DNA from: Lingula anatina
Taxonomy: Eukaryota > Animalia > Brachiopoda
DNA length: 64,000 nt
Direction of reading: 5' to 3'
Assembly: GCA_051362555.1 (NCBI GenBank)
Contig: CM120641.1
Coordinates: 7,006,001-7,070,000 of the forward strand
Below are positions 13,501-28,200 of the stretch, piece after piece. The notes under the pieces were generated by a model. The model ran no database searches, was not told the origin of the DNA, and was given only the letters and a program-made list of their open reading frames with translations. A program made the translations under genes and the position numbers. Within the stretch, counting starts at the first letter, position 1. The number at the start of each line of letters is the position of its first letter.

Positions 13501-16500
13501 CTCGAACTTATGGAAAACATGTGAAACGAACAGCTGTATCCATTAGAAACATGAAAAGACCGTACTGTGATAGCAACAGATTTGACTTCTGAAGTTCAAA
13601 AAATGGAATATGATGAGACTGCACTTGTAGTTATAATACAGATTTTCTTGTGTTATGATGATCTTACCTTGAAGGACATCATAAATGTTACATATTATCT
13701 TGGTGTTCTGTAGATATCAATGTGCAGAAAGTAAAATGACTAAAATGTGTTAGTTGTGACATCAAAGATTGTGTTAGTTGTGACCATTGAAATTGTGTAA
13801 GTTGTGGTATTAAATACTGTGTTGGTTGTGATGGTTATACCTTGATGGACATCGTTGTGTATTACATGTTCTGTTCACCACTGGCTGCTCTATAAAGGAA
13901 CACAAGTAGGGTGGGACCAGTTCTCGACTAGTAATCTTATGGCAAGTTGCATTCCGTAATTGATATCCTGCAAAGCAATACTAAATTGAATTAAAAAGGA
14001 AAAAACAAATTATTACAAAACACAAAACTCAACAGTATTCAGTTGCAGCATGTCTTGGACATAAATAATGTTTGGAAATAAGGACTTTATAAATCATAAT
14101 TCTGGACATAAAGTAGTCAGTATCAACATAAAAAACCACAAACAGACCATACCTGTGTCACATTTCTTTGAACATTCTCCCCACTCTCCAGTTCCCCAGG
14201 TGTATTCCCCGGTGACTCCTGTACTCTTGGCTCCCATTGGAACTGAGTACTCATATTTGATGCTGGCCTTATAACCTTGGTACAATAACTAAATCAAAGT
14301 GCAGTAAATGATTTTTTATAAATGAATTTTTATGAAAAATGGTGAATAATTAGCCAATAAAAGTTTGAATTTAATATCCTTGAATATCCCTTTAGATTCT
14401 GTGGTGGCTTTCAAGCAAAAGATGGTTATAACTGAACTTATAAAGAGTTTTAAAAACTTGCAATAATGAAGCTTTATTTAAAAAAAAAATCAACAGAGTA
14501 TATATGCTCCAACTTACCACAATATAAACTGGTTCAGTTGTAGGTCCCAGTGCAGACAAAGATTCTGGAGCCTGGAAGTAGTGTGGTTGTCTTTTATAAC
14601 TGAACACAGTGCCAGCAACCTGGAGGTCCTTGGGGAAGTCTATCCTGTGCCCAGCATTTAAATAATAGGAGCCTGATTTGTTTCTCAGGGCTGGAAAAGT
14701 TGAAAAAGTTAATCTTACGAATCATGCATAAAGATGCTTTGATGACATACAAATAATTTGATTACAAACAATGACAAATTTCATTAAATTCTGAGGAAAA
14801 TTGCTTCTTCTCTTCTACTTGCCAAATAAAAAATGCTGTAATAAATAAAGATAAGTATTTGAAAATTTAATCATATCTCACATAAACAATAAACAAAGTG
14901 CATTGAGAAACATTGGCAAAAATGCATAACTAGAACTTAATAGAAACTAATTAAACAAAACTCACAGAGGTAGTTTCCGGTAGGTTCTGTCTCTTCTATC
15001 AGCACATTAGTTGACCCAGCAGGTAGGTAGAGGAAATCATTATAACCTAAAATATGAGACATTTCATTAAGAATACAAGTAAAAGTATCATGATTAAAAA
15101 ACCTTGATGTGATTGGCATCATTCACTTTTAAATAGCAATACTTCAAAGCAGCCACCATAGCATATTTTTACACTCTAATGGTTTTATACCTTTTATTAA
15201 TCATACACATAGGAAAATCACAAGCTTGTATTTTAATTCCAACCCTAAAAGTGGTAGTAGTGATGTGTGTTTGGAGAGTGGTTAACTTTTATCAATGTCT
15301 TCATTCTCTCTCTCTCTTTTCAAAGCCCTACCAATCCTGATGTTCTCTGTGTGGTAGACTCCCTGGACAGTCTTACAAGTGTTTCCATCTCCTCCACACT
15401 CCCTGCATTTGTCTTCACTGATACCAGACTCCAGCATCAAATCACAGCCAACACTCTGAGAATAGATACACATATAAAGATATATATATATATATAATAC
15501 TGCTTTTTTTCTGCCTAATAACAGTATTTCATATATCATATTAGAAAACAATGTTCTCATATATAAAAGCTATATAATTACTGGTTTTTATTGCATTTAC
15601 ATAAATTAAAAAAATCTAATTAAATTATTTAAAAATTTGAAAAATTTTGATTGTTTAAATTAAAAAAACCATCATGACTACTTTACATGTACTGTCCATA
15701 TTATTACATACCATATATATGAATTCTATGCATAAAATCACATACCACATTCAACACTGTTACCCAAACACAATACCACATTCAACACACTGTCACACCT
15801 AACACAATACCTTGCAGACTCCATCTACACAAACATCCCTTGTGTTGGTTCCGCACTGTGTACCATCTTCTACTTTAGGACGGTGTCGCACATAAAAATT
15901 AGCACCCTTAGCAATGCAATTAAGTTCACACTTGTTAGGAGCTGTATGGAAGAAATAAGGCAAGAAAACATTTCTTTAATCATACAAATCATAAACACAA
16001 ATAAAATCTTGACATACAACATGTTCATCTTTATGGGGTTCTACAAAATTCAATACTTCTAACTGGAAAAATAAATCAAGGTAGTACTGATTATAAATAT
16101 TTCCTGTGAACCAAATATGCTTAAACTTTATCTTTTTCCTGATTAAGAACTTCAGGAATTTCCTCTTTTGAGAATGATTTACACACTTTTGTACGTTGCA
16201 TTCCAAAAAGGCTAATTCTTCTGAAGTTACTTACTTGAAACATTTCCTTTCAGGAATAAAAACTGTTTATGGCATCACAATTTTATAATAGGGGAAGACA
16301 TGGTGCAAATTAAATATATAACATCAGTTATGTTATTACCACTGAAAATATTAACCATGTGGAACAAAATACAAGGGTACACTTCATCAACAAAAGACCA
16401 TTTTTGCAATAGTCATAGAAATCCAGTACAATGGCAAAAAAAAAAAAAAAAAAAAATTAAAATTTTTTCAAAATAGTTTAGGTAAAACCACACAGGCAAG

Positions 16501-19500
16501 AAAGATTGACCCCAAATTTGTCCCAAGGAGACCCAAAACTGGACAAAATATCGGTTCTCAAAACATGCACATTCCATCCACATTTGAACTGACAGCTCAG
16601 AGAGACTTGAGTGTGTTTCAGATAAACCAAACCCACTGCGGGTGCAGTACTCACTTCATAGATGTCTCAATAAAACAAAACTCTCAACTCTAAACTGTCA
16701 AAATAAAATAAGATTGTTCCCAAGCTGCCAAAGTAAGGTTTATTTCAAACTGCAGATTGAGAAGAAAATAGCTGTCACAATAAACTGTAAAGAGAAAATT
16801 GTTTGTGATTGCACATTAGACTGGAAAGTTTCTAAAACAGTTCTCTGGCATCAAATTAAAAATGTCTCTTCTTTTAAATAAAGAGACACAAAAAGGGAAA
16901 AAATCAACAACCAGCAAATGATTTTCTTATAATATAAATATTAACTTTTTTTGCAATTAAAGCAAAATCTGAAGGGTTTGCTTACCACCATAATAAGGCT
17001 CCCATTGATAGTATTTCCCCTCAAAGGGAACATTATCATAAACCTCACACTGCTCTAGTCTGTAATCCCGCGAGGATTCCGGGCAGTCCTGAAATGGCAG
17101 GTTAAACTGTAATAAATTAAGCCAATGCACTTGTTCTTCTGATATTCAAAATCAAAACATAATATATCAACCAAATATCCTGAAATACCCTGAATAAATG
17201 GTTTTTTGAAATAAATCAAAGGAATTTAGCAAAATGTGTTTTATCAGACCTCACATATAGAGCTTAAAAAGGATGTCCTGAAACATTCAGGTCAAAAATG
17301 TGACATATTAGCGTGTTTTTTTCAGTTCATGATTTTTCAACTTAATAATGTTAATTTTGGGGCGAGACAGTATACATCCTCTTGCATATTAAAGTCATTT
17401 GGTATAAAATTAATCACATTAAGCCAAAGAAGAACAATCTGAGATATGAATTTTAAATGATACATCATATGGGGATTTGAAAAGGCTTTACCAGGTAATG
17501 AAATAAGATAATATGTGCCTTGTATAATATAATTCCACTTGTGTGTGTTTTTTTTCCATATTTATAGTAACACAACAATTACTTTTGAAGAGAGTAGTGA
17601 GCCACATCTAACACAATCAATTTCAGTTTACTCAATTTATAACAGAGAGGTAAATGAAAAAGAGAATTTCAGAGATGGGGGGGGGCGGGAAGTTGCATCT
17701 ACTTTATACACTATTACAGTCTAAGACCGCGTTCACATCGAGTTGAGCCATGGATCTACAAAGTCAGGATCTAAATATGGCGGACGTACATGAAAGGAAA
17801 ACCGCGTAATCTTTTAATAGTCTCCCCACCTCTCACACGCCTCCCCATGTGTCGTCCCAACGGAGCCGAGATTAAATGACTGTACCCCTGCAGAGAACGC
17901 ATGGGGAGGCGTGTGAGAGGCGAAGAGACTATTAAAAGATTAGGTGGTTTTTCTTTCATGTACGTCCGCCATATTTAGTTCCTGACTTTGTAGATCCATG
18001 GCTCGACTCGATGTGAATGCGGTCTAAGAGAGAGAGAGCCATGCCCAGTCATTGTTATGGACACTGAGGCAGGGGTGCAATAAGCTTTTTATTTTCCATC
18101 AAAAGTTCTATTTACACTACACATTATGAATATGAAAGTTCTTTGAAGTTAGTTGCCACAAGGTTCAAAAGTTCTCCCGACTCCACCTTCTGCCCCCTCC
18201 AATTTGTTTGAAAATGTATTGGACCTCATCACACCCACCTCCACTTTGTAACTCTTTTCAAATGTCAATTCCAATTTAACTTTTATATTAACACTGTCAA
18301 TCATATTTGGTAGCTCATGAAGTAAAAATGGAATGGCCTCACTGTGTTTCACAACTGTTCTGGTACTGTAAATTCCGAGAATGCTTTCAGTTAACATTTT
18401 AAACACAAGTTAAACAAGTTAATTTATAGATAATTTTCCACATCACACTGATGCACGTCTTCAGCTCTTGTAAGAAGATGTTGAAAAAATATCTTGATCA
18501 AACCCTGTTTTGACAATTCCATGGACCAGTCTACTTTGTCCAAATGTAAAGAAAACCAAATTCTAGGAATATTTATTATCATAGCAAATATTTTTCTTCA
18601 TGTCTATTTCATTACCCTGTCTTCTTCTCTTCCTCTTATACTACTTCTGTACTTCAGACTGCGGCAAAATATTTGAAACACCAAATGGCCAGACACAATA
18701 GATATCTTTATTATGAACCCATTAAACAAAGTGATTGTTTCCTTTAGTCAGAACCCTCATCCTTGACATCTGTGACCAGTTATGCAAACAATTTCCACTC
18801 AGTAGAGTCAAAGATGAAAGAGACTGGAACAAAATAAAAGTGAACCAGAAATAGCATATAAACTTGATCCTAAGAACCAGGGATAGTTTTTCAAATGTTA
18901 AAGAAATTTGTAAATCAGGACCTGTGCAGAAGCAAGTTTATCCCCAGACTAACTGATTGGTGGATCAAATATGGCTTGCACTTGACAATGGATTCCCTGC
19001 CTCCCACACACGCACTCCCTGCAGGAGCAGAGCAATTAAATCTGAGCATGGTTTCATGTGGGTCGGCCATATTTGTTCTGCTGCTTAGTTATTCTACAGA
19101 TCAACTTGGTTCTGAACAGGCCCTTAAACAGTAAAATACTTGCTAATGCTAACAGAAACCAGTGGGTTCTTTAATTGAAATTTCAGACACTGTATATGGA
19201 CCCTTTCAAATAGTCACCACTCTCATGAAAAAACTTTGAAAGTATGCAGATTGCATAACCATATGCCACATTCAAAATGTTCACATATTAAGATATCATA
19301 AAAATTTTGAGTATCACTTACCTTCGTGTTTATTTTGCATGCAATTGTAAAGAATTAATATTTATGTGAGTTGTATTGTGGGATATCAAACTTAAATTGG
19401 TAATAAATTTTATATCTCCATTTACAGTCAGTTTACAATTCTTCTTAGAACCACATCACCATAGACAATTTGTGAGATGTACCCTTCACATGATTACAAC

Positions 19501-20444
19501 TGCCCAAATTTTACCTTTAACTTCTGGTATTTTGCTCATGGTGAGCAATTTGAAATACTTAAATAAAATCCATTATGCTTCTATTTGAAACACATTGCAT
19601 CTGATAAAATTTAACATGCAATAAAACAGGAACTTGAATTATTCATTTCGGATCTACATGGGTGGGCTGTGGCATAGTTCAATAACTACTGTCCAATCTT
19701 TGAACTTTAGAAGTTGAATGTCCCTAGTTGAAGGTGTAATACTACTCCATGAATGGGGGTAAAAAACACCCTATGGGGGGATTAAGATTTCAGTGGATTA
19801 TTAACTCTGTGACCCACCACTATGTTCAACAAAGAGAGCAAATGTGTGGGATGAAAAACATGGTGGCTACTTTACAAAACACTCTGGAAATTACCATTTG
19901 TACTTTTCAACCCAGTCATTTTAGCTGTTTTCATTTTCTTATGCTAAGGGCTGATATGTCAACAAACAGAAAGCTTCTTTCACTGAATATTTTAGACATT
20001 TTTCTAATTACAAAGAGGCCATTAGTTCAGTAAGCACCATGTTTATAAAATACCAATTTCTCTAATTTAGACGGCCTCTAAAAACAAACCCAACTGTTTT
20101 CAAATAAAATGTTTACTAAACTTTAAAAGAGTCCTTAAAGAATAGTTATGACTATTCGAACTATTACCAAGTCCTTTTATGCAATGATCAGTCATACACG
20201 ACACAAACTGGTGAAAAAGAAAAAACTATCACTGTTGGTATTAAGAACATCCCATGAAACACACCAGCACATAAAAACACATTCTGAGAGCTACGCCATG
20301 TGTTACTGACATGCCTGTGCACTGTGCTTTTTCATTTAATGACGGACCAATATAACTGTTTGATATCGAATATAACTGTTTGCAATGAAAGCCATTTTTG
20401 ATGACAAACCATATGGCTATCAATTATCACTCTCTCTTTCTTTG

Positions 20445-20508
<64 letters not shown>

Positions 20509-23500
20509 AATGGGGCTACCAACCATATAACCAAATCTAAATTGTTTAAAATGGCACTTAACTGAAATGCCCTGTACAAAAGTGATAAAACTGATTCACC
20601 TTTCATTAAAACTAACAATGAAGTCAAATGCCCTTGACCAACTATTTAATCTTTATAATGGGCAGATTTCAAGTACTCATTTTAGGACCACACAGCTTGC
20701 TCAAGTGTTTCAAGATTACTTAATCTGCAGGACACCTTAATAGAAGGAAAAAATACAACAGAAGGCTTTTAATGCTACAGTAATGCAACCTCTCAAGCTG
20801 AGGATTTACACAATTTGCAGACTAAAATTTTTCACCTGTAAAAAGCCTCATGTATAATGTCCAAAAATAGCTCAGCTTATAAAACAAATGATATGAATAC
20901 TTTAATTTTGATATATATTTTTTCCTCTTCTCTTCTAATTATATGTTCTTCATAGTTATTTGTCTTTCATTAAAAACATACTTTTTTCTCTGCAGATACT
21001 TTATTTCTAACTTGTCTCACACAACAGGCCACCTGCCAGTGCCAGGGCAATCACCCACAACTTTCAAATGCCACATTAGGGAGAAATACCACTTAGTCAT
21101 TGACATGTATCCTCATCAGTACCATGCTGATAAGCCTCCTGAAACTATAATACAGTCTTAAAGACTTCCATTCTGCCAAATGTCACCCAAAACTGACAAT
21201 TTCCTAACACGTCCCTGAAATGTTTGAAATGACCCCTGACCCAGAAGTGTCGCCCACAACTGTGACATGCTACTTAGACCTTCCATTCTGCAGTCCTATG
21301 TCCCCAAAACTGACAAAATTTCTCAAGATGTTGCTAGAATATTTCATGAGGGCCTTGACCCCTACCTACCACTGACAATGGTGACACACCTTTTCCTAAA
21401 ATCAAACAAACAAACAAACAAACAAACACATCCCAATAGCCACAACAGTTTAGATTTTGACATGTGCCCCCAGACAGAATTTGATTTTTTAAATGCAGCC
21501 TGATCTGTCAATGCCAATCTAGTCACCCAGAACTGCAGCAGACAATGTACCATGTGCAGTCGGCTAGCTCCTACCCCATGTAACGTAACACCTGCAGCAG
21601 ACCTTAGCTAAGATCCACATGTGTTTCACTTGACAGGTGTTTGTCATCAAACTTATTTAAATGTAATCATGTAATTATACATTTCAGTAGAAGTTTATAT
21701 ATCATTGTGCTGTTAAAGGGGTTTTGTTTTTATCAATAAATTTTCTGGGGGCTGCATGACTATTATCATGGTAAGAAAAAATCATTTTAAAATTGGTGGG
21801 CAACAATGCTAACAGCGTCTTAAATTGCCTTCACACGTCACTTGTTCAACTAAAAAATTACAAATTTCCATTAAAAGTATCAGCATAAGATGGTATCTTA
21901 AAATAAATCAGAGAAACTTAATAGTGTGAAAGATGGAGCAGCATGTAAGATTCAAGAAAAAAAGCATAGCAAGTTTTATATCAAAACTGTCAACATCAAC
22001 TCCAGTAAGCGTAATATTGAAAAAAAATATATATATACATATGATTCAAGTCTTTGTATAGAAAAAATGTATACTGAATAGAGTGAAAAAAGTATCAGGA
22101 ATGCACCAGAGATATCCTGGGGAAATAAATGCAATTTAACATTCTCTGGTGACTTTATCAGTCAAATAAACATGATAAATGACAGGAGTCATGACATATA
22201 TATATACAAAAAATCAGCATGAAATGAACCAGCATAGTATTTGATATCAATTTAAGATAATAAAAAATATTTTGTTTCCTATCAGTGGTTAAACATTCAA
22301 TCCCTGACCTGGGAATAACTTCGGTTGTCTGGTGACATGTTATAAGTCAAGTTTCCAGACCACATGAATCCATCGAACCTGCACAATCCATCTTTGCATT
22401 GCCATTAGCCATGAGAGAAAACCAGTCAAATAGCACACAACTTACCTCAGTCACAATGGCAGTGATCACAACAAGTGAGAGATCCAACTTACTGTTAGTG
22501 GTAAGCTAATCTTAATCAATTTACCCCCTTTGATGAGTGGTACCTTCATAGGTCGATCAAACTTAAATGAAAACCCGACTTTACCTCAGAAGCGGTTTCA
22601 GATAACAACCTTTCTGAACTTAATAGACACCTGTCCCAAAGTTATAAAAACTGAAAGAACAAATACTATGCCTTCTCGTTTCACTGGTTGGGACTTCATG
22701 CAAGACATGTAAGTACACGGTTTGCAATGAGAAACTGCCCAATTATTATCTTTTACCTCTTACCTGTATATTACATGCCATGTATATTTTATTTGGACCA
22801 ACACAGTCACTGTTGTCATCTTCCCTGTAACATTAAGAAAAACAGCATAAAGCGTGTTTTCAATGGACATTTTTCTATACAGATGTGACCCATTTAATAT
22901 CATCTGGAAGCTGGCAGTTGGCATGTTTGTTTTAACTTTTCTAACCTGTTTCTCGAACAGAAACACTGTTACAACTCACATTTTAATATAAGTCAGACAC
23001 AGCAAAAAGTAAAAGCAAAAATCATACAGGCATGGACGTTTAAAATGTACAACAAAATCCCTGTGGAGTTATTCAATTAATCTATCTATCAATCAATCAA
23101 CCAACCAATCTTTCTGGTTTAGTCAGATGGTCATCAATCCAGGCATGATCAATAATTGTTCGGTCAATTAATCAATCACTTAGCCTACCATGTCAATCAG
23201 TTAGTCATTATCAGTTGATCGATCAGAAATAAAACAACAAAATCAATCAAACAAGCAAATGTTCAAACATTAAACAAAACAATTAAAAAATCTAAATAAT
23301 ACCTTTAAAAAAACTTTCTCATAAGTTTTGACTCACCCTGTATGTAAACAAACTCTTTTCTGGAATGCCACTCCAAGTCCACAACTTCTGGAGCACTCAC
23401 TACTTTCCTCCCAAGGTCCCCAGGTAGCTCTGGCCTCTATACCTCCAGGGAACTGGAATCAAATCAATATATTCAACTTAAAATATGCACCTTACATGTG

Positions 23501-25215
23501 TTAAAATTTTATGGTATAAGAAGGTTGCAGCATATTTTGAAATGCTAACTGCATAGCTTAATGAATAAGCATAAAAAATATACAACCAAAATTTCTGATA
23601 AGGTGTAACTTTTAGTTTTTTTCCCCAGAATCACAATATCTTACAATTATTTGTTTCTTCATAATTTTTTCTCTCCATTTCATTACCCCCCTTCCTTTTC
23701 CATATCCCTTATCCCCATCCCCTTACCCCCTTCCCTGATAACTGCTTTAATAAAAAAAGTTTATTTCACTGTAACATATGCATCCACTTGTGTGGATGAA
23801 AATGACAATATGAATACAATTTTTGTGAATATGTTATTAAACAATCACAATGAGTAAGAATATTTACTTATTTACTATTAAAAAAAAAAAAAAAAAATTT
23901 ACTATTACTACTATTACTCAATTGCCGATGAGTGCAGCACTGTCTTGTAGATCCCTCCTAGCAAAAGCCAAATACATTTGCCAACTTGGAATTTAACCAA
24001 AGTATAAGAGGGCATGGATTCAGTGAATAAATTTTTATTCAAAATCTCAAATATTGCCAGCCAATAATCCACGATAATATCAATGAGACAAAATAATTGG
24101 TATTTCCTCTCATATATCTGATAAGACCTATGCAAAAAGTTGTGACAACTATTTAATTTACATCAGATTTGATTGACAGACAGAGGTCAATAGGTCTCTT
24201 AACATGAAAGCCCAAGTGAAATTAAAATTCTTGTTTTCGCAGTGGGCCCTTAACCAAAATCAAAGGCTGCTCTTGAGAAATCAAAGCCTGTTTCAGTTAA
24301 GGGTCTGTTGATTTGGACAATGGATCTTATTAATACTGGCAATATTGGGGGCGGTGCAGACAATGTCTACATTGAAGGAGTCAGGAAACTCTCCCAGCAG
24401 ATCTTGATCTGTTCATCTGTATGTTTTCTCTAACAGCGGTCACATTATTGTAATGGACAACAAGTCCAGAGTCATGTTTCATCACACATCCCTGCATAAA
24501 CCTATTCCACTGGCCAAGGGGAGACCAAGGAAAGCTCTTATTAGCCTAATAAGAGTTACGCGGATTGCTGACCTGTATACTCAGTGCAAAATAAGATTAA
24601 GTTATACATATATTTTTTATTAGAAAGTTTTTTTAATAGGCACTAATTCAATTGACATAATTCATTAAAAAGATTACATTTCTCACAAAAGGGGAAGATT
24701 CCTCAAAAATTAATACAACATTTTGTTCATTAAATTAATTTTTAAAAAGTGCATTTATCAAGTAATACATTCTTCATAATATCTTGATAATTATGAAACA
24801 AACATTTTCAATTTAATAATTTTAACTTTATTTGCTTTGATTTTTATAGCATGTTGGCAGCTTCATAAACTAATAAATGCCCCGCAATGACTATAGGTAC
24901 AGGAAACATTAAGATGAGATTTGTGACCTTACTTAGGCTTCGTTCACATGCAATGTCTATTTTCTATTTTCTATTTTCTATTTTCGGTATGTCTTATGAT
25001 CACGGTCTGTGCACTGAATATCCCGCGGCGTAATTACTGGCAGCGCGAGCCAGTTACTATAAGTTACTATAAGTAACTGGCTCGCGCTGCCAGTAATTAC
25101 GCGGCGGGATATTCAGTGAACAGACCGTGATCATAAGACATACCCAAAATAGAAAATAGAAAATAGAAAATAGACATTGCATGTGAACGAAGCCTTAGGC
25201 TAAGAAACCAATTCT

Positions 25216-25296
<81 letters not shown>

Positions 25297-28200
25297 CCTT
25301 GATTACAATAAATTAGAGGCATAGCAATACTTGATTCAATCTCGACAACTCCCATGTAAAACTGTTCTATATCTGAAGAGTCTGGGGAGGTTATTTTAGG
25401 TTAATGGGCGACCAAACGAACACCTCATGTTTCTCTAAGAACCTACTGAGTGAGAAAATAAAAACCGTATGATGTTGCGTTTTTTTAGACAAAATTTCAT
25501 TATCACACAGTTAAATATGCTTCACAGTGCACTGTGCAGTGTTGATAAGTTAATGGAGTTAACATTACAAAAAAATTTTCAAAGTCACTATTTTCTAACA
25601 TGATTTCATAACTGCAACTTTTTAGTTTATATTGTTTATATCCTGTTTTTGTAAACAGTTTTCATTAAATTGAAAATATATCTTTTCTTTTTTCTTTCAC
25701 AAAACATCATGCACTCAGCATTTGGCAAAGTAAAAGCTAGTATCAACAAACATCAGAAACAGATTTTTTTTTTTACAATTCTGGAACCTCTGGAAGAAAC
25801 AGGCCATGGTAAAAATAAAATTGGCTTTGCTTGACTTGGCATGTTTGCATGTACACATCCCTGAATAAAAACAATCACCAGTAAACCAATCACATTTGTC
25901 TCAGCCAAAACACCTGTTTTAAAAAGCAGCAAGGTAATCACTTTGAAATTTACTTTTGTGGAAAAAACAAGCCTCACTCCAAAGTAGTTATTTTCTACAA
26001 CAATAGAGCAAATCTTCAAATCTGAATTCTGTCTGTGAAAGAAGCCACAAAAGCTATTGATTTTGACACTTCGGTTGTTGTTGGATATTTTTTTCCTAGA
26101 AATTTTGCATGCTTGATTGTGTAATTATCTACCAGCAATTACGTGTTCATTTCCTTTTGGCCAATGACTAGGCAATTTTGCAGCTAGATGACTGGAGCTT
26201 GCTCTCCAGTAAACAAAAGATTGCTGGAGAGCAAGCTCTTCAGTAAACAAAAGAAGTCAACATCTAGTCATCTAGCTGCAAAAGTCCTCTTGAACTCCTT
26301 CCTTCTGGGCTTAAAACTCTCGATTTTGGACAATAAATTTAAAACATAGATATCTTACTACATGCATACTAGTTCTGTCAATTAGTGAGCAGTAAGGTGG
26401 AAATTTTAAACCAAGGAATCCTCTTGTTTTGGATGAAAACACTCAAAGTAGTCAACAAACACTTAAGACAATAATCATTTTCCTGGTGAGTAACACCTGC
26501 CAACCACTGCTGACCACTGCTGACCACTGGTCAACAGGTTTTGGTTTGTCTAGTTACTCATGCACCACCGGCTGTGATTCAGTAGATAAAGATAGGCTCA
26601 AATTTTATTTGTTTATAGGACTTCTTTCACTGAAGTAGAGCCTAGCTGGTAAATATAGCCGTATTAGGCATTTTGTAGGAAGGGAATGAAAAAGTTCAAT
26701 GCATACTTTATGCACTGTCAGGTACAGTTGGTGGCACAATTAACTTTTATATTGCAATTAATCATGGCAACCAGAGGCAAACCACCATCATGCATGGTGA
26801 CCATAATGAAATTACTCCAATGTGTCCACTTTTGGAAACAGTGGGAGATGACCACTCCAAGTGGGCACAACTGAAGATGACCACCCACTGACACTGGCTT
26901 CCCATCACTGATCAGTGTTTATTGATGAGTAAGGTACCACTTCAGCATGGTTTGTTTTTAGTCAGAGAAAGAGAAGTACTGGGCTGGAATAAAATACAAT
27001 CCATGTGTTCTTATCAATGAGTCACTGCAGGAGATATAAGCAGACTGGACAAGTAAATATGTTGTAATCATGTAAGTGTTCTTCAGTGGCAAAAAAAAAA
27101 AAAAAAGAAAAAAAGAAAAAAAGACCAAGGTACTTAAAACGAAAAATAAAAATGGGGGTAGCATTTTGCAGTCTACCCTTTACCTCACATTGAGGTTAAT
27201 TGATTGGCGGAAATGTTGAGAAAACCACAAACGGACAAGACTGTTCTGCAGTGGGCTGAATGCAGCCTGCAGAGCTAGCAGATGTGAGTTGACATGGGTC
27301 ATTGAAAATACAAGATGTTAAATATCCCATAAGCACTATACACACTGTAAAATAATTACAAAGACCAAATACAGCATGTTCCGTAAAATTCCAAAACATC
27401 TTAGCATCTAAACCTAAAAAATGTGCTATTTTCTGCTGAACAGGATTTTAACAACACAAATTTCACTGACAATGGAGACTTTGACAGTAACAAAATGCCA
27501 TGTAGTTTATAAAGGCCAATAAAGCAAATCACATTCTACAGAATAAAGCATTCAATTGCATGTGTTCCATTTGATGGTTCATTTATAAACAAGAATGCCT
27601 CAGTGGCAAGGTTACACATATATTTGAGGAAATTTGGTAGATGTCCTGTACTGGGAGCCATATTACTAAAGTTTTTTTCTAAGAAAAACCTCCTTAAAGC
27701 CATTTCCAGTCATGTAAGGATGACTTAATGGAAAACTGTTTGCATTTGATTTTTTCCCAAAGTTTGAAATTTCCTAAATCATTACAACAAAAAAGAAATA
27801 ATTCATGACTAGGAGTAAAGGGATACCTTTATCTTGGTACAATTCATTTTACCAGCTAATCTCATTATAATATGATATGATCATTATAATATGATATGAT
27901 ATGATATAAATATGATACTTATAAAACCAATGACGATTTATTTACATCCCACTGACTATGGTAAAGTTGAGAATTTTACTGAAAACAGAGGTGTGTGTGT
28001 GTGTATGTGTGTGTGTGAGCAAGCCCCTTCCCCATGCCTGTGTGTACAACTCTCTATTATTCTTGAGGTAAACAGAATCCACCTTTCATAAAACAATCAA
28101 ATTATCATCAGAGAAATTCAACAGACAGATACTAGTATTTATTTTCTCTGACACCCATACAAAGTCTCACAGGAATTCCTCAGATTAGAGCAAGGTGCTA

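Noticed and set aside
18070-18720. CAGGGGTGCAATAAG hAT-like end and ORF 18149-18406
   Set aside because: No matching second TIR or TSD found and no recognisable transposase motif; probably a decayed TE that I cannot delimit.
21000-21470. Duplicated CTTCCATTCTGC...CCCAAAACTGACAA and (AAAC)n tract
   Set aside because: Likely an old HINE-type remnant, but the termini are not identifiable.
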